The notes under the pieces were generated by a model. It saw nothing but the letters and a program-made list of their open reading frames with translations. It made no database searches and was not told where the DNA came from. Shown one piece after another: positions 59,719-64,000 of a stretch of DNA of 64,000 bases (its first letter is position 1; each line of letters starts with the position of its first letter). The stretch comes from Patescibacteria group bacterium (lineage in GTDB: Bacteria; Patescibacteriota; Microgenomatia; UBA1400; PJMF01). The stretch spans positions 46,838 through 110,837 of the forward strand of contig JBBDKV010000003.1 in NCBI GenBank assembly GCA_040879165.1. Direction: 5' to 3'. Both the position numbers and the translations under genes were made by a program.

Positions 59719-59832
59719 TTATCCTTGCTTCTGCTTATGCTTGGGATTGATACAAATCACCCGCAATACCCCTCTGCGACGAATGGTTTTGCAGTTAACA
59801 CACAATGTTTTGACAGATGATTTTACTTTCAT
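59719..59832 (-). CDS. rpmJ: 50S ribosomal protein L36 (zinc-binding form)
   Basis: Read by hand: [37 protein letters not shown]. Confidence 0.95.
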   Translation of the reverse strand: MKVKSSVKTLCVNCKTIRRRGVLRVICINPKHKQKQG

Positions 59833-59876
59833 AAACAGGGTTGAAATATACCAGGCGGGACTCGATTTGAAAAGGA

Positions 59877-60206
59877 CTAATTTGACTGCGAGTTACTTTT
59901 GGTTGATCTATAGGTAATTTTACACTTTTTGAGGTCATATTTTGATACATAACCCTTGACGCTATCACCAGGCATAACGCGAATACGAAAGAGTCGCATT
60001 TTACCCACTAATGTACCAAGAAGAGTCATTCCCACCATTTGTGGAATTTGTGCCTCGGTAACCTTGACTTTAAACATAGTATTGGGTAAACAGGCCTCGA
60101 CTACGCCTTCAACCTCAAAACGATCAGCATGACCACTCGTAGTAGCACTCGTATCTACTTGACGCTTAGCTTTAGCTGCTCGTTTGTGTTCTTGAACTTT
60201 ACCCAT
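59877..60206 (-). CDS. infA: Translation initiation factor IF-1 (extended)
   Basis: [30 protein letters not shown]....ITYR; syntenic map-infA-rpmJ. Confidence 0.9.
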   Translation of the reverse strand: MGKVQEHKRAAKAKRQVDTSATTSGHADRFEVEGVVEACLPNTMFKVKVTEAQIPQMVGMTLLGTLVGKMRLFRIRVMPGDSVKGYVSKYDLKKCKITYRSTKSNSQSN

Positions 60207-60966
60207 AGAGGTCTATTATACCAGAAGTAGAGGGTTTTGTCAGCACTTCACACCCTGTAGCGGTCACTAAGACAGTGTCCTCAAACATGCCCGTTAAGGA
60301 GCGATCGCGACTGCGATATGTCCAGCCATCATCATCAAGCTGCAGAACAGCAGAACCGGCAGCGTACATAATCTCTACCGCAATCGTCTGATCCTCTTCT
60401 AACTGGACTCGTTTATCTGCTTGTATGGCCACGCAAGGAATATTTGGTGGCATATGCAGTTGTGCACCGACACCATGCCCCGTTAACTCACGAACTGCAC
60501 TGTAGCCCGCTTTTTCCACAACGCGCTGCATGGCCCTGCTGACATCAAATACTCGAGCACCAGCTTGTACCTCAGCCAGAGCTGCTGCCAACGAAGCTTT
60601 ACCAACATCGAGAAACTTGACCAGCTGAGAATCATTTGACTCCACCAGAAAAGAAATTGAGGTGTCTAGGTGATAGCCTTCGTAGATCAAGCCAATATCA
60701 ATGGTAATGCAGTCACCAGCTACGACTTTTTGCTTGTCGGGGATACCGTGACACAATCCGTCATTTTTCATGATGCAGGTTGCCCAGTTGTAGCCTGGAA
60801 CTGTTGAAAAACTTGGTTTGACTTGGTGCTCTGCCAATAGCGCCTGGGCGTTTTCCTCAATCTGAGCAAAGGAGTGTCCAACCGCCACTGAACTGACAAG
60901 CCTGTCACGAATAGTGCCTAAAACTGCACCGCCCTTTCGCATGGCTGTGATCCGATCCACGGACAT
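60199..60966 (-). CDS. map: Methionine aminopeptidase type I
   Basis: CHGIP, DIG, GHGVG, metal-ligand E residues. Confidence 0.95.
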   Translation of the reverse strand: MSVDRITAMRKGGAVLGTIRDRLVSSVAVGHSFAQIEENAQALLAEHQVKPSFSTVPGYNWATCIMKNDGLCHGIPDKQKVVAGDCITIDIGLIYEGYHLDTSISFLVESNDSQLVKFLDVGKASLAAALAEVQAGARVFDVSRAMQRVVEKAGYSAVRELTGHGVGAQLHMPPNIPCVAIQADKRVQLEEDQTIAVEIMYAAGSAVLQLDDDGWTYRSRDRSLTGMFEDTVLVTATGCEVLTKPSTSGIIDLYG

Positions 60967-61002
60967 ACAATCCTTACTGCTGAGTAAATACTGTGTTACT
61001 GA

Positions 61003-61539
61003 TTACTCTTGCAAACCTGATTTAATTGCCTCAAAGACTTCCTCAACACTCATTTCGCCATCAACTTCCAATACTTTGTTTTCATTGCGATAAAACTCCA
61101 CCACAGGCTCAGTGTGGGTATGAAAGAGCTCGATACGCTTGCGAATTGCTGCCAAGGTCTCGTCTTCACGCTGATCTTCTCGACCAGAAATCCGCCAAAG
61201 CGCTTCACGATCCGAAACATTCATATACACTACTTTATCTACCCCACCATTAAACGCTTCGGCTTGAACTGCGGTCCGGGGAAATCCATCGAGTATATAG
61301 CCATTTTGATACTCAGGCTTTGCCAGGTACTCCAAAACAACTTCAAGGGTGGTCTCGTCGGGAACCAGTGCACCTGCATTGAGTGTTTCTTTTAACCAGC
61401 GACCAAGCTTGGTTTTTTCTTTAGCCATTTCGCGAAAAATATGACCAGAAGATAAGTACGGAATCCCAAAATGATCTGACAACAAACTGCCTTGAGTCGA
61501 CTTGCCAGCACCCTGAATACCAATCAAAACTAATTTCAT
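61003..61539 (-). CDS. adk: Adenylate kinase (short LID)
   Basis: GIQGAGKST, LDGFPRT, R.D. Confidence 0.95.
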   Translation of the reverse strand: MKLVLIGIQGAGKSTQGSLLSDHFGIPYLSSGHIFREMAKEKTKLGRWLKETLNAGALVPDETTLEVVLEYLAKPEYQNGYILDGFPRTAVQAEAFNGGVDKVVYMNVSDREALWRISGREDQREDETLAAIRKRIELFHTHTEPVVEFYRNENKVLEVDGEMSVEEVFEAIKSGLQE

Positions 61540-61582
61540 ACAACCTCCCTTATAACCTCGAATTAGCGGGGTTAGATACGTG

Positions 61583-62866
61583 TTAAATATATTTATCGTA
61601 CTGCTGTTCTACGGCACTGCTTTCTACTTGTTTGGTTGTTTCTAAAATGACTGAAACTACAATTAACAGTCCGGTTCCACCAATCGCCAACGATTGAATG
61701 TCAGTTAGATATTGCGCTATCGATGGCAGAATGGCCACAAATCCCAGGAAAGTAGCGCCCGCAAAAGTAATTCGAGTGACTACATACTCCAAGTGTTTTT
61801 TGGTAGGACTACCAGGGCGAATTCCCGCCACAAAGGCACCGCTTTTCTTAAGTTCATTAGAGATATCTTCAGCATTAAAGAAAATCAGGGCAGAGAAGTA
61901 GGTAAATAAGAAGACAATAGCAAAATACACACTCATATAGACGCCTGAGGTCGGCTGAAACCAGAGCGTTAGGTTGCGTCCGAGCTCGGCAACCCAGGGT
62001 TGTTGCGCCGCAACCATAAATCGAGCTAAAAATGGCGGCGCTAGCATAAGTGATACAGCAAAAATAATTGGCAGCACTCCGGCTACATTGACCTTAATTG
62101 GCAAGTGTGTTGATTGACCACCATACACCTTACTACCCCGAACTCGCTTGGCATACTGAATGCTGACCTTTCGGATAGCTTCTGTCATAAACGTTATCAA
62201 GCCAATGACCGCCAAAAATACTCCAGCAAAGACGGCAAGTGTCAGAAGTTGGTCGGAAGTAATCAACGACACAACTTGCGCTCCAGCCACTGGTAATTGA
62301 CTCAAGATACCTGCGAGCAAAATCATGGAAATACCATTGCCCAAACCATGCAGCGAAATTAACTCACCCAGCCACATAACGACCAAAGCACCGGTCACCA
62401 TAGTCAGCAACATCACTATTAACGTCAGGGGATCTGATGTTTCAATTAATTCCTGACTGCGCAGCAATGCCAACACAGAAATACTCTGAATGACAGCCAA
62501 TGGCACTGAAAGCAAGCGGGTGTATTGATTAATTTTCTCTCGACCCGACTCTCCTTCACGCTGAATTTCTTTCAACTTTGGCAGCACCATGACCGATAGC
62601 TGAATCGCAATCGAGGCCGTAATATAGGGACTAATTCCCACTGCTGTTACCGAGAAATTCTCGAGTGTTCCACCAGCAAAAACATTTAACAGATTTAAAA
62701 ACTGATTACCTGCAAATAACTCTCTCAACTGCACCAAATTAACAGCTGGTACTGGAATGTGAGCGAGAAATCGAAATATAGTGAAAATACCTAGGGTAAA
62801 CAAGAGCTTGTTTCTCAGCTGTGTGTTGGAGAAGATAGTTCGGGCAAGATGTTGTAATCTTTTCAC
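61583..62866 (-). CDS. secY: Preprotein translocase SecY
   Basis: [36 protein letters not shown]. Confidence 0.98.
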   Translation of the reverse strand: MKRLQHLARTIFSNTQLRNKLLFTLGIFTIFRFLAHIPVPAVNLVQLRELFAGNQFLNLLNVFAGGTLENFSVTAVGISPYITASIAIQLSVMVLPKLKEIQREGESGREKINQYTRLLSVPLAVIQSISVLALLRSQELIETSDPLTLIVMLLTMVTGALVVMWLGELISLHGLGNGISMILLAGILSQLPVAGAQVVSLITSDQLLTLAVFAGVFLAVIGLITFMTEAIRKVSIQYAKRVRGSKVYGGQSTHLPIKVNVAGVLPIIFAVSLMLAPPFLARFMVAAQQPWVAELGRNLTLWFQPTSGVYMSVYFAIVFLFTYFSALIFFNAEDISNELKKSGAFVAGIRPGSPTKKHLEYVVTRITFAGATFLGFVAILPSIAQYLTDIQSLAIGGTGLLIVVSVILETTKQVESSAVEQQYDKYI

Positions 62867-62869
62867 GAG

Positions 62870-63331
62870 TTATTTAGTTGGCTGGATAGTTCCTCCAGCT
62901 GCTTCAATTTTGGCTTGAGCGCCCTTGCTGACTGCTACTACTTTTTGATCGGTTGAATCAATGGTCACTTTTCTAGAAATACTGCCACTTGCAACAATTT
63001 TGGCTTTTTTAGCTTTACCTGAAATGATCTTTTCTGCAACCAGGCTCTCAAAGGTAATAGTAGCTGCCTTCATGCTATTGAGCTCACTCAATGTAACGGT
63101 AGCTGTTGGTTTCACAACCTTAAAACGACCTTTACCACGTAACATCGGCATTCTTTTAATAAGCGGTAATTGTCCACCTTCGAACCAAAGAGGAATCTTA
63201 GCGCCTCCTCGAGATTTTTGACCCTTCGTCCCACGTCCAGAAGTATGCCCACCTTTACCTGAGCCGTAGCCACGGCCCACGCGCTTTGCTTTGCGATCAG
63301 TGGTGCTGGTGATGGTGTGTAATAATGACAT
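62870..63331 (-). CDS. rplO: 50S ribosomal protein L15
   Basis: [24 protein letters not shown]. Confidence 0.97.
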   Translation of the reverse strand: MSLLHTITSTTDRKAKRVGRGYGSGKGGHTSGRGTKGQKSRGGAKIPLWFEGGQLPLIKRMPMLRGKGRFKVVKPTATVTLSELNSMKAATITFESLVAEKIISGKAKKAKIVASGSISRKVTIDSTDQKVVAVSKGAQAKIEAAGGTIQPTK

Positions 63332-63333
63332 GA

Positions 63334-64000
63334 TTACTTAGTTGCTTTGGATATTTTGTTAGCTGGCGCTTTTTTAGCTGCTTTTTTAGCGACTGGTTTT
63401 TTATCTGACTGTGTCTTTTTAGAGGCTGTTTTAGCTGCTGCTGTCGGTGCTTTTTTTGTTGTATTGGCTGAAGTCACTGATTTCTTAGCAGCGGCGTTAC
63501 TTTTGGCGACAGCTTCTTTGGCGTGCTCTTTGACTCGAGCTTGCTCAACTGCTACCTTAGCTTCTTCTTCTGCCTCAACTTGAGCAACTGACTTGAGCTC
63601 AACGCCTTTGAGCACTACGATGCGACGAATGCGATTAAGCGCTTCAAAGGTAGCGTAGACACTTGATGACTGGTTTTCACTACCAAGAATCTTACTGGAA
63701 ATATCGCGTATGCCTGCTGCCTCAACAACCGCTCTGACTGGCCCGCCGGCAATAACACCGGAACCAACTGGAGCTGGCTTAAGCATCACCCGACCCGCAC
63801 CTTTTTTGACCACAACTCGAAAAGGAATGGTGGTACCGTCCAAAGGAACGTCAATCATTTTTTTCTTGGCTTTTTTAACACCCTTGCGCATGGCTGCCAA
63901 CACGTCATTGGCCTTACCCAGACCGACACCGACGCGACCTTTTTTGTCGCCAACGACCATCAACACAGAAAAGCCAACATTATTTCCGCCCTTGGTTTTT
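63334..64000 (-). CDS. rpsE: 30S ribosomal protein S5 with long K/A-rich tail (5' end outside the window)
   Basis: [38 protein letters not shown]. Confidence 0.96.
   Translation of the reverse strand, partial: KTKGGNNVGFSVLMVVGDKKGRVGVGLGKANDVLAAMRKGVKKAKKKMIDVPLDGTTIPFRVVVKKGAGRVMLKPAPVGSGVIAGGPVRAVVEAAGIRDISSKILGSENQSSSVYATFEALNRIRRIVVLKGVELKSVAQVEAEEEAKVAVEQARVKEHAKEAVAKSNAAAKKSVTSANTTKKAPTAAAKTASKKTQSDKKPVAKKAAKKAPANKISKATK

Noticed and set aside
1-64000. CRISPR array, DGR/retron, IS element or prophage
   Set aside because: No repeat-spacer array, reverse transcriptase, transposase, integrase or phage structural gene recognised; no TR/VR pair seen by eye.
1-64000. Alternative genetic code (TGA read-through)
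   Set aside because: Conserved genes are full length under code 11; recA ends at TGA at the expected length; RF2 is present.

Overview
Chromosomal window of a reduced-genome bacterium, very probably Patescibacteria/CPR (Microgenomates-like). This is inferred from gene content: no rpmD between rpsE and rplO, DUF4012, many GT-C glycosyltransferases and a YerC/YecD gene. Genetic code 11. It holds housekeeping genes (glmS, mgtE, purB-purA, rmuC, metG, tatD, a UvrD-nuclease fusion, tRNA-Pro, recA, rny, secG, prfB, ftsEX, HU, and the rpsE-secY-adk-map-infA-rpmJ-rpsMKD-rpoA-rplQ-rplM-rpsI cluster), a lipid-carrier glycosylation cluster, an ABC-2 exporter and a HigBA-type TA pair. No CRISPR array, transposase, integrase or reverse transcriptase was seen. 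Most notable signals: (1) a ~540-nt, promoter-driven, densely base-paired non-coding region (43472-44010) leading into a GC-rich lipoprotein gene that is followed by two strong hairpins; (2) several accessory gene slots whose flanks are G/T-rich on the left and C/A-rich on the right, whatever the gene orientation; (3) a structured ~210-nt RNA candidate upstream of rny; (4) a circularly permuted M23 peptidase after ftsEX; (5) pervasive leaderless-type promoters. All structure and composition calls were made by eye and need computational confirmation.
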